Shown piece after piece: positions 41,664 to 57,073 of a stretch of DNA of 64,000 bases. Where the stretch lies: contig NC_134026.1 of NCBI RefSeq assembly GCF_964204645.1, positions 17,766,150 through 17,830,149 on the forward strand. The letters run 5' to 3'. Position 1 is the stretch's first letter. Each line of letters starts with the position of its first letter. Source of the stretch: Tubulanus polymorphus (Eukaryota; Animalia; Nemertea). A program made the translations under genes and the position numbers. The notes under the pieces are model-generated. The model searched no databases, was not told the origin of the DNA, and saw only the letters and a list, made by a program, of their open reading frames with translations.

Positions 41664-43064
41664 ATGATCCCTAAAAGGTAATAATAGATTGAATTCGCTC
41701 GAATTGTTTTTATGTTAGATAACCGTTTACTAACTCCGCTTAAACAATGGCGCTTTCTTTGTTCATTAAGCTTTCACCTATATTACTTAAATGTTACCGT
41801 AATACTTGAAAATAGTATCAGTAAGGGCTTGGTAAGTGCTACACTGATTTTATTTTATGATGCGCTATCAATGGATTCCTGACAATTGCATTTTAAATTA
41901 AAGACAACAGCTTGATTCTGGATTATGTTTAACTTGATTGTAATGCAGGTATGAATCAATGGTCTGGAACCAACCCCTTTAGACATTCACCATTGTTAAA
42001 AGCGAGTCTTGAAAATCGATTTTTCAGAGAGCGGTTCGATTTAATTTCATGTGAGGTCCTGAGCTAAAAAGCCAGTGTTCCATTTAAAGTTTCAAAAAAT
42101 TTAAGCTTATAACGGCCAAGTTTGAATTGTTGTCTTTAAATACATGAAGTAACAAATAGTAATAACCATGAATTTTGTATTAACTTACCCTAGGTTTCAT
42201 GAAGAAGTTAACCTAGGACAACATTGTCCATGGAGACAACATTTCAAGCTTAACCGATATAAGCTTTAACCATTTCATGTAACCGGATTTTGGACAATGA
42301 AATTGTGACAAAAATTGTTGAATGTCTGAGAGAGTGCTCTCCAGCTGTAGCTTGATACCTGCTTAATTGCAAACATGAGATATCTACTAGTCTTTTAAAT
42401 AGAAACTTCTTGGGATGGTTCATGAATGACTGGACAGTGGCCAGTAACTCAAAAGTGGGTTGGTTGTTCATAATTAACATGATTACACTGTTACCATTGC
42501 ATTTATCCAATGGCTTGCTTCATACAACTATTGAGGAACTGGCCCCTGCCTTGAAATGTTGTGTTGTCTTACAGTTGGGTTATTTCATTTAACCAAAGAT
42601 GTCTGAGTTTCTATACTTGGTATCGACCTTACTGGTAATTGGGATATGAGAAAACTGACTTCAGGCTCAAAAGCCTTGGCCTTATTTGTTTTGAGCCTCC
42701 TCATTTCACTGACTCGGTGATTGAAATGAAACATCTCGTTTCATTTCCGGTAGGTGTGGTTGGTTTGTTAGGGACACCAGGGCCCAGTTACACTAAAAGA
42801 TCAAGGCCTAAATCGATTTAAGATCAACTAAGGAATTAAACCGATTTTAAGAGTTACACCTTTTTGTGAACTGGGCTCAGAGCATCAAATCAATCTCTAT
42901 CAATCACCCAAGACAATCAAATAAATGAATGACCAAAAGCAAATGAATGTGCTTTCTTGCGGCGAATGTGCGAATAATGTCTTATTTTGTGATTGTAGAC
43001 AATGATTTATTTGTGTTTCTATGTTTATGGGTCACTTAAAGACGTTCATATCATTTTTTGGTAA

Positions 43065-43367
<303 letters not shown>

Positions 43368-46300
43368 ACTATCAGCTCCCAGGTGCGAGAATTTCTGTGT
43401 AATCAAATGAACTTTAGATTTCACTGAATCTTTCACATTATCCAACATATCGTAATGTCATCTAAATGACTGAAAATCGCGGTTTCAGATTATGTGTTAT
43501 TGACCATAATTTATGTACTGTGTGCCTTCTGGTGGGGAAGACGGATCTGGAAAATTTAATGTATTAAGTAAATGGGGGTGTCATCAGGACCATAGGGAGC
43601 AACGGGTGCGAATGTCCGGTTTAGAATTTTACTTTCAACCAGACAAGAACTGACAAAACATATATCGATACTCTAGGTTTCCTCAGCAGGATTTGATCAT
43701 CTTAAAATCAATTATTTTTCCATATTTTAGAAGCAGGTAATTTTTTTCTGCTTACGTAATTTTTCGAAAATCTCTGGACCTCAGACTTCAATGCTCAGTA
43801 ATCTCAGCTAAACCGACATTATCGTTACTGCAATTACAGTGGAACCTCATTATAACAAACTCTGATACAACTATTCATCGAATATAACAAATACAGAATT
43901 TTGTCCCAAGTAAGAAATTTAACTAATTTCATACTGGATACTGGAACGAACTAATGGTTATAACGAGCATATTTTCTGGCCCTCGCTGTAATGAGGTTTC
44001 ACTGTAGTTCCATTATTCCATACATTCGAGGCGCCTTAAAAAATCCTGGTGACACCCTTGTGAAATGTGGCTGAAAAACTATTTATTTGAATGAATAGGC
44101 AAACTTTTTGGCTGTCCTGAATCATTATACACGCCTTCATTTTACACTGACTCCAGAATTATGTATTATAAAACCATGCCATCCTGTAGAATTACTCATT
44201 GGCTGCTTTCTATTTAATTTCAACGTTATCTGCCAAAGGTGCGTAAGCGTAGCTACAGTCATTGTCCATTCTTCTCGTTGGCAAATTCTCTACTTAATAG
44301 CTGGTATGGGAAACTAGCTCTATAGGTTTAGGTTAGTTTGCACAAAGGTTGTCAAATTTTGATCATAGGAACCAAAATCCATAAACACTGGTCTTTGAAT
44401 TTTTGGTGGCATAATACGATTTACAAATGTACTTAAACATGTTACTTCGTATTAAAAACCAAAACCTCTTTCGACATTTCTGAGTTAGATTTAACACTTG
44501 GAGTAAAAATAAGTTTCTTATTATTCAAGCTTCTTCAAATTTTAATTCAGTAATGTCGAATTGGGTCCTGTTAACATCATACATTCTTTGAACAAGTGGC
44601 CAGACTATATTAGATTTGTTATGTAGATATTAATATTTTTTTTATGAACTGATTGAGTCCTGCTTGTAAATCTTTGATTGCCAAATGACTGTTACATTCC
44701 TGTACTGTACTGGAAAATACCAAGTCGGCAGATTCTGATTTAGCAGGACAATAGGCAATTTTCAGGGCAATTTAGTTGACGGTAAATCCACCTATCAAGT
44801 TTGGCAGTTGAAGAATATCTATTACCTTTGAGTCATCCGAATTCAGTCTCCCAACACTTTATGTCACCGGTGACCGAATCGGCTAGTGTGTCAAGCTATG
44901 GCAATTATACGCCTATTAACTGGCCGATGACAGTTCTCCAATGGTTCATGTGATAGCAAAATGGCGACTAGATCTTTAAGGGGTGGTGCTAGCATCTGGT
45001 TATGTCACAACAGCGATGAACTCAAGACGCCCGATGGCGTCACATAATGTCTTAGCTACTCTACGTGACCAAATCACTGAGAAAATCCCCTGTGACTGAA
45101 TCACCAACTCAGTCACCAGCTGTGATGATTGCCTAGTGAGTCCGTGCTTTTTGTTAATGACCTGAAATGTCAATTTTATAATTTTCATGAGTTACATTCA
45201 TAATTTTGATGAAATAGAGGGATTTTGTACTTGTGTTAAATTGTCACACAGAAAGAATTGCTGGTATTACTTGTAGAAACACTTGTATTTTCAAAGGTAA
45301 CCATGAAAGGCCTTTTAATTTCTTGATTTTCTGTCTTGATTACATCAAGTCTTATCAAATCTATGTATGCTACATCATTCATTTCATTAGTTAATGATTT
45401 TGTAAGTAGTAAGTAGTATAATGTCACATTAAGGGTAGCATACTTTAGTACTAACTGATGGTTTATAGAATTTATTCATATCATTATCATACAATAAACC
45501 TCATGTATAAAAGTTGGATATTTCGGAACTGGCTGAATTTCTCTGGCCCAAATAGCTGATGATTCTTAACATATGCGATTTTAATGTAAATTTACCAAAA
45601 TATTAAGAAGAAACTTCGACTGCGACCTTTTATCCGACTTATGCGAGGTTTGCTATTGAGGTGATTGTGCATGTACATTTATTAGCACGGGCAGATTTAG
45701 AGGGGGCATACGTTTCAATCAATCAAGTGTTGTTGAAAAACATTGGGACAATGAGAGGAATAAGAACAGAATTCATTTGCAGGGAAATGCATCTAAAAGC
45801 ATAAATTTTTCTAAATTTTCTGGGGAGGATCCCAGACCACCCGTTATGGGTTTCTTATGGCAACAAATTTCTTTTTACTCAAAGAACGCCCTTGTTTAAA
45901 AATCTTCTAGATCTGCCCCCTATCTGGGGTGTTCTTGTTACAATTACTGGGTAAAATGCAATTTGTTTTTAGTACAATTAGCATTCTTTAGCATCAGAGA
46001 AAATTATTTATATTTATTCAAACTATTTTCTATGAGTGGTATCGAATCAGGTCAAATATATACAAGTATATTCCTGTGCGCTATATTTTTCCGTCCAAAT
46101 TGCTACTGAACCCAGCAATTGGAAAATTGGTACTAGTTTTTCCATCCATCGTGTTAATCGTCCAGAGATTGTAACTTTTTATCAATCCGTGACCAATTGA
46201 AATGTTATTTTAAATTTTTGTTCATTTTATCAAGAAGTTTTCATTGCTGTTCCTACAGGAATTGTTGTGATGCTGGTTTTAATGAGTGGTCATCTCAAAT

Positions 46301-48050
46301 GCGATATTGTCCATATAATGTTGTATCCAATATAATGTATGATTACTCTTAGTAGCACTATGAAAATATATGTATATTTTATATTATATAAAATTTTACA
46401 TGACGTTGATGTTGATCTACTCGACCATTCATAAGTATATGGATTCCATACATATATACATGTATTACATAGTACATATCACCAAGAAAGAAGTTGTCTC
46501 TACATTGTTACTACAAGGGTTTGAATGAATGGAACCTTTAGAAATGAGTACTGCTCAACTTCAGTAGGATGCCAGTGGAATGAAAACTGGATTACTATAT
46601 ATATTTCTCTAACAAGAAAAAATTTTTCTTTTAATTGACCCGATGTTGGTTAGTGTAAACTTTTATTAAATTTATCTTTTATTAGAACTTTTTTGAATAA
46701 TATCTTCGAAAGATTGATGAGAATTTTAAGACTTAACAAATGTTCATAATTCTAATATATCCTGAGAGAAGATGACATACCAGCATACCAGGTAAGCAAC
46801 TAAAACTAAGAGAAAAAGCTTATGGATTCGTGACCAGGTACAACCACGAGATAATTGCTCATAGGTACAACACAGTACAAACTAACTGAAAGTTTACTCA
46901 TCGGTTCATTAATCATATGGACACAGTTATAAAACAAATCAGAGGCTTTTATAAGTTTTTAAAATTTTGCAGGGCATTAAAAATTAACTGACGGAAAGTT
47001 TATTGACTGACAGTGGTTGTGTAGGCAAGTATCTGTAGATATTACTACGTGTACCACCTGCACCACCTGCTCGAGTTGCGCGTTATCTAATACTGACACA
47101 TATCACTATTCTGATGAATCGATGGGTGCTATTCTCATTTCTGTGCCGCAGTTAACAAAAAAAATACAGATAAATGGGTTCCAAAAAGGATCGCGGTGCG
47201 GAAATCTACGATTTACGATCTTCAAGTTGGCTGAAGTCCAACTGTTAATAACTCGCAAACTAATCAACATGGGGGGGATTTTCAACAATGTAGAAGATCC
47301 TAATTATTTTTCTTCAAAAGTGTAGATGAGAATTACTAATTTTATGGAGTTCATACCTTTTGAAATGTGCAGGGTTCCTAGTGGTAAGGCCAGGATAAAA
47401 AGAAGTACTAAGAAGGACTTTGACTACAATTTTAGACCCAAAAGGAAGCATATTTTTGACTTGGAAAGAACTTTCCAGTAAAATGAGGGTGCATAAGGAA
47501 GCATTTTTGCAATGCCTTCACCAGTCGTATATTCCGGGGTAATTCTATAACACTTTCCTGTATATTCAATCTTACTAATAATTAACAGGCCTAAATATCA
47601 AATTTGGACTTTTTCATGATAAGGAAGGACTTAAGTCAAAAAGAAGGACAAAGTTGATGTTTGTCCAAACATTTTCCAAAAGAAGGACTTGGAAGGACTG
47701 CTGGAAACCTTGAGTGGGCAAAAAGCGCATTTTCTGGTACGATGAACCAGTTGACTTCACGCTGACTTCAGCATCCAGCGAAAATATTCACTCTTGAATG
47801 CAACAAGATTTCAAATCTGAATTTTCATTGCTTTTTACTTCTAAATCTGGAAATGTTTTGCTCTTTATTCACTCTTGCCTGTAACCATAGTAACAAGCAG
47901 CTGGAGTCCAGCGAAGTAGTGATGCTCTGTGTGAGTTTTACCACTTACAGCTGTCAGTATCAATTAAATAGTTTTTGATACTGGCTCTATGAGAGTGAAA
48001 TGCTGCGGTCATAACCACTAAAACACATTTCTAGGCCTTGTATTATAATT

Positions 48051-48793
48051 AACTAGGGGTCCAGGGACACCATGCCCACTTGGGAAGTGGTTTCAAATGC
48101 TCAACAATCTAACGATTTCAATACATAACTCCCCCTAGTGACCAACACGTTATGGGCTACAACTTTCAAATAGAATATAGTAACACAATATGCTTAGGTA
48201 TCAATTTAATGTGGAAAAACTTTTACCCACCTACGAATGAGTACTGATGACACCAAGATGGCCACCAATTGCGTCATAATTGGCTGATCATAAATACCTG
48301 TCTCAGGTATAAAACATTCCTTTCCAAAGAATACCCATCACAAATTGCAATGAGAAATGGCAAACCAGTAGGAAGCTACAGGACCTAGAATTCTGGCCAA
48401 AATTGACATTTTTGGGCACTAAAAAGGTCATAGGACTGCCATCTTGAGTCAGATCGACCCAATTTTTCTCATGCTGATGGGCCCTTGGTAGATTCAAATA
48501 CAAACTAAAGATAGAGGTTATCGATCAAAGCATCTTCAAAATTTCCCTCGAAAACTTTGAAAAAGTGCTGATTTTGGCGAACAACAATGGCTGCCAGTCG
48601 GCCATCTTGAATCTGATAGGGTCAGTTTTTGGGCAAAAGATGTGTCTAGGGTAGATACATGTATAAACCAAATATCAAGACATTACCTTGAGGCGTCTTC
48701 AAAACTTCCCAAAATAACTGGATTCCGTCTACGGACGGACGGACGAAAAGTGAACGCAATAGCCCGCTGGGACTAAAGTCCCAAGTGGGCTAA
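48051..48793 (-). mobile_element. HINE family 1 copy with collapsed tandem array
   Basis: Both termini intact, only about one fused repeat unit. Confidence 0.8.
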
Positions 48794-50128
48794 AAATGAA
48801 AGGAGCCAAGATTTATAACTGCATGCAAGTTTTTGAACTTAATTACGAAGTTGAAGCTACCAAAATTACTTAATCGTGTTAACAAGGAGTTAAGTAAGAA
48901 ACACGCTAGCAAAATGGACTCTAACAAGTCCGTAAAAATTGTTTAGTATGGCCATTATGTTGAACTGCCACTAGATGGCAGACTAGTTCAGCATGGATTA
49001 ACACTGGATTCTTTGTTCAATAGGAACCTCGTCATGACAACCCTAGATTTAACAATTTATCGGTTATTACAAAATTAGAAATCCATCCCAAATAGGACAA
49101 TTTTGATAATTTTGTATTGGATAAAACAAACTCTCGGTTTTAATTAAATAAACATATTTTCTAGTCCCTTGAAATTCATCGTAACTGGGTCCCATTATAG
49201 TTATAGCTTTTTTCAGTAAACTCTACTCAAGTCAGACCCGAGTTGGATGTTATGTACTTCATGTAATGCGTCACAAAAATGTTTCAACAAAAATCTGAAT
49301 AAAGCATTCATCTGAATTGATGTAATCTAATTTGAGCCAAGTCTACTGCATATTCTATTTTCCCTTTATACAGACCAACCAACAGATAACTTACAATTAC
49401 ATGTAATAACATGATTAACTAATTTATTACATCATAAATTCATAAAAATCTAAAATCTTGAATTTTCTTTTAATTGACAAGCATCCGTTATCGTTTAACT
49501 ATTACAAAGCCATAAAAAGTCACAAATTCCTGTTTAAATCAATTATACATTTTATAATAGATAATACAGTACATAATATTATACAGTACAGTAGTAGACC
49601 ATTTTAACTACCCTTAAAATATAGGCCTAAAACGTAATGCCAAATAAGTATGCGTCAACAGCCTCAGACATTAGTTATTTTATCACCACAAGTGATTGTC
49701 AAGATTTTGTCCAACAATGGTGAATGTCTTATGGGGTGGAGATGATTTTAGTTCCTGTAATAACTAGTTAAAATCAATTATCAAATAGGGCCTAGTTGAA
49801 TTCTAACTCGGAACTTAATTGGTAATGACATCTTTCACAAACAAACATTTTGATAGAGGATACACAGCACATGATTGGTTATCACAGATGTTCTTGTACC
49901 TTGAAGTGTTCCATAACGTACAGGGATCAAACTCCCTGAACTAACAACCTCAGTGATAACATGGGTGAACATTTGAAATATTAGAATTTTGATACCAGTT
50001 AACAAATCTTCACTGATGCAATACGTAGTCTTGTATCGACACATACCATTAACATTTACGTCTACATGGTAGTATGATCATAATTGTGTTGAATTTATCA
50101 CAGCTGAATCAAAAAGTTTTGATTAAGT

Positions 50129-50206
50129 TTAAGAGCCTATTTCTTCAGTGTCTGCCGTTATTGGTTTGAATTCATAAGCCCCTCGTCCATCCATATGTAA
50201 GTAGTA
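50129..50206 (-). CDS. ABCD3: Peroxisomal ABC transporter PMP70, last exon
   Basis: ttgcag|YYLHMDGRGAYEFKPITADTEEIGS*. Confidence 0.93.
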   Translation of the reverse strand, partial: YYLHMDGRGAYEFKPITADTEEIGS

Positions 50207-50297
50207 CTGCAAATGCACAAATAGACAATGAAACTTAGAGATCATCAGCAGCTAGAACAAAAAAAAGTACATGTATATGCTTTTCTCAATTGTCTAC

Positions 50298-50354
50298 CTC
50301 ATGATGTTTCCATAACGACTTTCGATGTGATACGGTGAAAAGTGTTATTCCAAC
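50298..50354 (-). CDS. ABCD3: ABCD3 exon (H-loop)
   Basis: ttacag|VGITLFTVSHRKSLWKHHE|gtagac. Confidence 0.94.
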
Positions 50355-51081
50355 CTGTAATTAATATAATTAGAACATGTTACGTCAATTTTGTGTACCC
50401 GCACTTAAAAACTCATTTACTGTAATGCACAAATATTTAAGAGCTATTGGTAGAATAGTTATACTAATTAGGGTATAAGCAGAAATGCCCTGTACTGTAC
50501 CAAAAACTGAAGGGACATTATTTCAAGCTTTAGATTCTTTTATCTTGTATACAAAATGAGGGCATCCCTTGTTAGAGAAAATCCAAATGGTACGCACACA
50601 TGATAGGGGAAGGGGGTCAGTGAAAATGTATACAAAAATGCGTACGGGGAGAGAGGGGGCATATGGCTCTGCGTGCAGTACGCACCTAATAATTATTTTT
50701 GCACCCTATCGACTGTTCATTCTGCATTCAAGTTACAAATGAGGTGAGATTTAAGTACTTTATGTTCTCTATCGCATTTTTTGTAATTTTGTAATAATGA
50801 CTGCGACATCGACAATGATTTTATTTGCACTATTTTAGAATTAATATCCGGACCCATAGACGTCGCCTATCTGTTGAAAACAAAAACTAAAATGTGTTAT
50901 GATAAAAACTTTAAACAAATTTTTATACAAACATATTGTTCTTGCGTACATACTGGGGGGGGGAGTCAAAATCGGCAGATATTAGCGTATGTATTAAATG
51001 GATGGTCCCCTTATTGAACTGACAAAGATATCTTAGTCAGATCAATAGCAACAAGTTTAACTCAAATCATACTTCACGTAC

Positions 51082-51186
51082 CTCCTTACAATGTTGATAA
51101 ATATAACCTTCGACGTCAACACTAACGGCACTGGTGCATTCATCTAGTATAGCAAACTGTGGCATGTGATAGAATAAACGTGCCAT
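51082..51186 (-). CDS. ABCD3: ABCD3 exon (Walker B)
   Basis: [39 protein letters not shown] boundaries. Confidence 0.95.
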
Positions 51187-51360
51187 CTGAAATTGATAAA
51201 CAAAATTTATATACCCATAAATAATGTACATACTGGGTAAACACTTGATTGCACAGTTGAATCTTAGGTAGCAATTCAAACAATATCCCTAAACTGCACC
51301 CACTGGTGCACAAAATTGAAAGACAGCTCTATTTGGACAGTTACAAAAAGCAGTACTTAC

Positions 51361-51570
51361 AGCAATTCTCTGTTTTTCACCTCCACTAAGGACATCCATC
51401 CAGTCCTGCACAGAATCCCATCCACCTTCTCGATCTAATATATACGACAGCTGAACCTTGTCTAATATTCCTAGTAGTTGTTCATCATTTACATTTTTCT
51501 GCCGTTGATCTTGGGTAGTATCAGGGTATATAACTTGATCCCTTAGCGTTCCCAGAGTCATATAAGGCCT
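51361..51570 (-). CDS. ABCD3: ABCD3 exon (ABC signature)
   Basis: RPYMTLGTLRDQVIYP...DWMDVLSGGEKQRIA|gtaagt. Confidence 0.95.
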
Positions 51571-51650
51571 CTAAAAAGGTTATAGCCTGTGTTACTGATG
51601 ATGAAACAAAGGATGATGAAACTTCTTCATTATCATCATCTAGCACTTAC

Positions 51651-51716
51651 TTGAGGAACATAGAATAATTGACCACTGATAGGCTTTGTTAGAGTTCCGC
51701 CAAATAAAGGCCATAA
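51651..51716 (-). CDS. ABCD3: ABCD3 exon (Q-loop)
   Basis: LWPLFGGTLTKPISGQLFYVPQ|gtaagt. Confidence 0.93.
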
Positions 51717-52586
51717 CTATAATCAATCAAATGGCATAACTTGAAAACACAAGTACCTGATAAATACAATTTATAGATGTCACATGCAGTTATATATCTC
51801 AGAAATGTCAGGCACCAAGTCATATCATTTTACTGGATGTGACGCTTTTTAACTACGTGGTCACTTAAACTAAGTGGTCACGTCAACGTAAAGAAACAGA
51901 AACAGAAACAGAAACTACTAGTAGACTCTGGTTTACTTGGCAGCATTGGCATAACCAGTATTTCAACAAGGTGATACTGAACACTGAGTAGAAACTAGGG
52001 ACATAAAGAGTTTTTCCGAATAAATTTGAGTAATACTAACACACTAGAGTGTCCCCTGAGTTTGCCGATAAGAGTAAAAGTATCTACTATATATTGTCAA
52101 CTCCCAGTTATTCGCCACTTTCAGGGCCCAGTTGCTTAAAAGTTGAAAAAATCCGAAAAAAGTCCGATTTTGAAAAGTGATTTTGCTGAAAAAGGATAAA
52201 ATACCCTTGTCCTATTATATATGTATGATATGTACTCCTGGTCTTATAGGTACATACTCCATAGGAAGCTTTGGACTGCAAGCGTATTTGCAAGGCTACA
52301 CTTTACCTTAACAACCAAAAAGGTCAGTATATAAGGAAAATAAACTGCCCATAAAATCAGTCATGCTTACAGGCCTGTTGATTCAATATGTCTTTTAGTC
52401 ATACTTCACTAATAGATACTGGAATCAATACATGTTTTCCACACACTCGAAAATGAATACAAGATGATGAAGCCACATCTATTGATCTGCGATATTGCTT
52501 CAAAATTTGTTATCAATAACCTAGGTTCAATACATTCTTATCTTCCTTTCAGTTTTTGTAACATTTATATCATGACAGAAACTTAC

Positions 52587-52728
52587 ACCGCCTAAAACCC
52601 TGAATAAGGAGCTCTTGCCACAACCATTTGGACCACAGACAAGGACGTTAGTTCCAGACTTCACTTCGAATGACATGCTCTCAACTAATAAATCGCCGTT
52701 TGGTGTCATTAGTGGTACTTGATCAAAT
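52587..52728 (-). CDS. ABCD3: ABCD3 exon (Walker A)
   Basis: FDQVPLMTPNGD...GPNGCGKSSLFRVLGG|gtaagt. Confidence 0.95.
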
Positions 52729-55295
52729 CTATCAATAAACAAATGTTTTATATCTAATTAGGAATATTGACACAAGTCAGCTACATACGTAAGAAACAAG
52801 AGAAATAAGAATGAAACGAAAGTCCCAACATAAAACATAAATATGAAAAGTCAATTATATTGGGAGGGCTACAGGTAATATATTCACCATAAATGTATAG
52901 CAGATGTAGTCTCTCAGTCAGTAAACCATCCAATATTACTAAGTTAATCGATTTGTAAATAATCATGAATTAAATTAATGAGATGAACTGCATTGTTCGT
53001 TTGAATATAAGAATTTCCATTAAACCCTAGTATAGCCGATTCAAGTTGAAGCACATGCAGTTATCACGTAATACATGTAGTTTGAGATGTATCAAACTTT
53101 TTTTAACGTTGCAAACCACTTCCATTAACCATTCTTAAACACTACGGCGGCAGGTGATGGAGGTTTTCCACTGACAACATGGGATGTGATCTGTCAGTGG
53201 GCAGAGTACACAGATGAATGGATGGACGACGGATGAAAAGTAAATACAATAGCCCATTGGGACATAAGGACCAAAAATTACCAATTACTCATTTGCAAGT
53301 GATTAGGATGGCCCTTGGCCTAGGATGACCACTGATTATGGTAGCCCATTGATCAAATACTTCCTAAATGTTTTTTTACATAAGAAGACAACAATATATT
53401 ACAGTAAACCTTGCATAAGTCGGATCTTTTGAAACCAAGAAAAATCCTCTGATTAAAAAAGTCCAACTTTGAAATAGTTGGATTTCGGCCTCTTTCAGAA
53501 AACTACGTCTTGGGAATAAATTTGTCGGAAAAATTAAATCAACATCAACAAGAAATGATTTAAAAACACTTGAATATGTCGGGTTCATTTTTCTATTTTC
53601 ATACACTAAGCACAAATAAAATAATGTCTGTAAACATGTACATGTATTTTCAATTTCAAGCCAGGAAAAGGGTTCAGAACAGTGAAGAAATCAAACTGCA
53701 ATGGGAAGAAAATAACTCTCCGACTTTTGGTGAGGGATTTTATGGGACCAAGAAAAGTACTACGAGATAAAATCTGACTTCGGAATATAAATTTCTTTGA
53801 AAAAGAGAAGGAAAAATCAGGACCATCAATATTCATCCGATATAAGCAATTATCAGACTTTCACCAATCCGACATATACAGGGTTTAACTGTATCTACAG
53901 ACTCTCATTCAATTCTTATCAAAAGTAGATCTTCATTCTTAATTTGTAAAATTGCTGTATAATTGTTAAATCATCCATGTTGCACAAATTGTATCATACA
54001 AATAGAATTTTCCAGGGGCTATATCTGATAGCTTTCAGAAAATCCATAGTTATCAGGGATTACAAAGTGTTTGAAAATTTGATCTAGCATGGATAGTGAT
54101 TCAGTCATACTACAAAGGGATAAATATACAATATGATTTTACTAAGGGTCCAGTGACACTCAATCAGTATATGCTGGACAAATCTGATAATTACAATGTT
54201 CTACACCCCCTGGTGAACAAATACAGAAACCTATCACATCTTGATTTTGATTGGTATGGGCCAAGGGTATATACATGTATAAGGCTTAAACCAAACTTAT
54301 CAAGACAATATAACAGCGCGTTGAAAACTTCCCAAGAAAACTTGATATCGTCTACGGACAATATTGAATTTTATAGCCTGAAGTGGGCTAAACAATGCTG
54401 GTCCAACATTTCTTATAATTGGTCCAAGACTTCTCAAATTTGCAAATATTTTGATATTCTAATTTGAATTTTTAGGGGATTCATCCTAAACATAATGCTA
54501 ACAAGAGCCCCAAGGGGCACTATGGCCAGCCTGTCAGCTTTTCCTAAAATGGCAAATGATGCATTCTGTGGGTTAAATTTGTCCAAATACACTCCCAGCT
54601 CATAGACTTAGGCTAATATCGTGTTTTCATAAGTAGCACAGACAGCAACTGGAGCTGGCAGGAACAAATACCTCAGATAAATCTTTTCCCTTGGTCTTAT
54701 TGATTTGAATCCGAAATTGCTCAATAAAACAAAATTGAATTTGCAGTTTGAGCACATGGCTAATTAGCATATCAAGGTCATCCATTGATTTGAGAAAAAG
54801 CTATTTTTCCCAGACTTTGCACAATCGTCAATGATATTTTCTGTAGTGCAAATAAAAATATTCCTCCCAAAAACCAAATCAACTAAAAATTTCACAGAAA
54901 TCGATATTGAAATACAATTTTAGATCTTAAAATAAAACCTGGAAGTAAAACGGTAGACGATACCGCGGGTTTACGTGAACACCTGCTGATCTCTGCGGCT
55001 AAGCCAATCATAGCGAAGTCTTTGCTTTCTGATTGGCTTTTTAAAACAGAAAGTTTTGCGATAAGATTTTCGCGAAAAACCTAAAAATTCTAACGAAGCC
55101 CTCTTTTAAAATTCAGCTTCGTAGGGGTTGGAGAATGGATAATGCTCTAATGAATGATTTGTATGAATATATGCTCAGTTGCACAGACAAAGAGCCTTAC
55201 TCTGGAAACCATGTCATTTAAATTCGCTCTATTGTATAGTAATAGGCTCAGCCTACGGCTGGCCTGATAACGACGTAATTACATGCTTAGCTTAC

Positions 55296-55353
55296 TTGAT
55301 TATGCGATCTTGCGTGATTACTTTACCACATCCGGGTTTTCGGGCGGTTTCAT
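55296..55353 (-). CDS. ABCD3: ABCD3 linker exon
   Basis: cttcag|(D)ETARKPGCGKVITQDRII(K)|gtaagc; phase 1 to phase 2 fits both neighbours; acceptor less certain. Confidence 0.8.
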
Positions 55354-55449
55354 CTGAAGTTGTAGAAGCAATGTTAGACACTTAATTTACACCAGCTAAG
55401 CGTATATTATATCAACAAATATCATAGATTAATTATGAATATATCAAAC

Positions 55450-55538
55450 CTTGATCCTGAGTAACCATTGTCCGCTGGTAAACTCCACGATTCAGGTCAC
55501 TCAAAACCTTCATCAATTCCGTCACTCGAGCTGTGAAT
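55450..55538 (-). CDS. ABCD3: ABCD3 exon
   Basis: FTARVTELMKVLSDLNRGVYQRTMVTQDQ. Confidence 0.92.
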
Positions 55539-56452
55539 CTGCATCAAACAGTTGAAAAGCATGTATTATTATTTAAAGATTCTGAGAATAGGGATTGATA
55601 AACAGACAAACCCAGTAAACAATGACATGAACAATTTGTAAGTACAATCTCTTCCACTATACCGATGATGTTTTTGGTATAGTTGACATTTTGTTTTCAT
55701 TGGTCAAATTCAAGCATGATTCAGTGTAACATTCTAATTGCAGGTAAACTAGACAAGCTTGTGGCACTGTACAGAGTACAGAGCCCCACTTCTACCAGCC
55801 TCTAGTATTCGCTTTTCATGAATAATGCAATTTGTGGGCTCAACATGTTTGACAAAATACACTTTCTGCTTCAATATAATTTACAACGTATAATCGTGTT
55901 TTTAAAGCATCACAAACAGCCACGAATACCTCAGATCAATTTTCTTCTTTTGTCTCATTGATTTGAATGCAGAAATTTGTTCAATGAAATAAAAGTGAAT
56001 TGGAGTGAATTTTGAATTAAAACATACCCATAACTAAGAAGAAAAATGTGATAATGTATGGATTAAGGTGCCTAAAAATTCAGTTTGAAGTTCATTCATC
56101 GATAAATTAATTTTGACAATGAAAGACTGAGCGTTCGTCACACCATCTGGGGATAACTTGGTGTTGGAGCTCCCCATTGGAAAGACAATGTTATTTCACA
56201 CTGCAATGTCTCACTGGTGAACTTGTAGAGAAACCAATGACCTAGTAATTCACCACAATGATGAACATATCTTAAGCTACAAATTTGCAACTGATTGTGG
56301 TTACATAATCCGCTGTGCCTGGTGGTTCAAGGCTGAAGATTGATACATGCATTCAATCAAACAAAATAACTAGTTTTCCTTGCATTAGTTATTTAATGCA
56401 TCTAAGTTACAATAAACTGAATTAAGAAATCTGTAGGTTTTTCAGTTCTTAC

Positions 56453-56544
56453 CCGGAAAGTCTTGTCATTTCTCGTCCAGCTAAAACTACTCGTCCAATA
56501 GCCTGAGCCATTCTTACTAACATTCGACCGCTTTTATAATAATC
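56453..56544 (-). CDS. ABCD3: ABCD3 exon
   Basis: DYYKSGRMLVRMAQAIGRVVLAGREMTRLSG. Confidence 0.93.
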
Positions 56545-57073
56545 CTGAAGATATTATGTAAATTAAGAAACTAATACTAATGGGCATACTTTTGATGCCA
56601 TAAAATTGTCAAACATATAAGGGACCAGTTTTATAAACTGGTATCAACTTAAACCTAGGGGATATATATAAATAAATCACCCATGGGCAAAGTGATTGAC
56701 CTTCAAAGTGGAGCTTGTTAGGCAAGGGCATTACCTATGAAAAATCTTTTTAATTCTTGAGTTCAAAGTTCTATTTTTAGATAGTATTTTATCCTTTTCA
56801 CAGAATTTTTTTGTAGCCAAATGAGGCCAAAATGCTCATTTCAAAATTTTGAAGGGTACAGGTAGGGAAACTATTTCATATTTTGAAAAAAATATTTTTT
56901 ACAATATGAAAAATATGATTAAAAATTCATATTATATCACCAATCAGAGGTTGGCTGAATATTGAGCATATTTTACTCTGAATACTGAGGTATTTTCTTA
57001 AATCATTGCACAAATTTGACTTTTGCCAACCAGAAAATGGACCAGTGACTTAGAGAATTGGATTGAATATGGA

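Noticed and set aside
53985-54030. Possible ABCD3 linker exon (APGKF..)
   Set aside because: Exon 55296-55353 already joins in phase to 52728, and no proper splice sites are present here.
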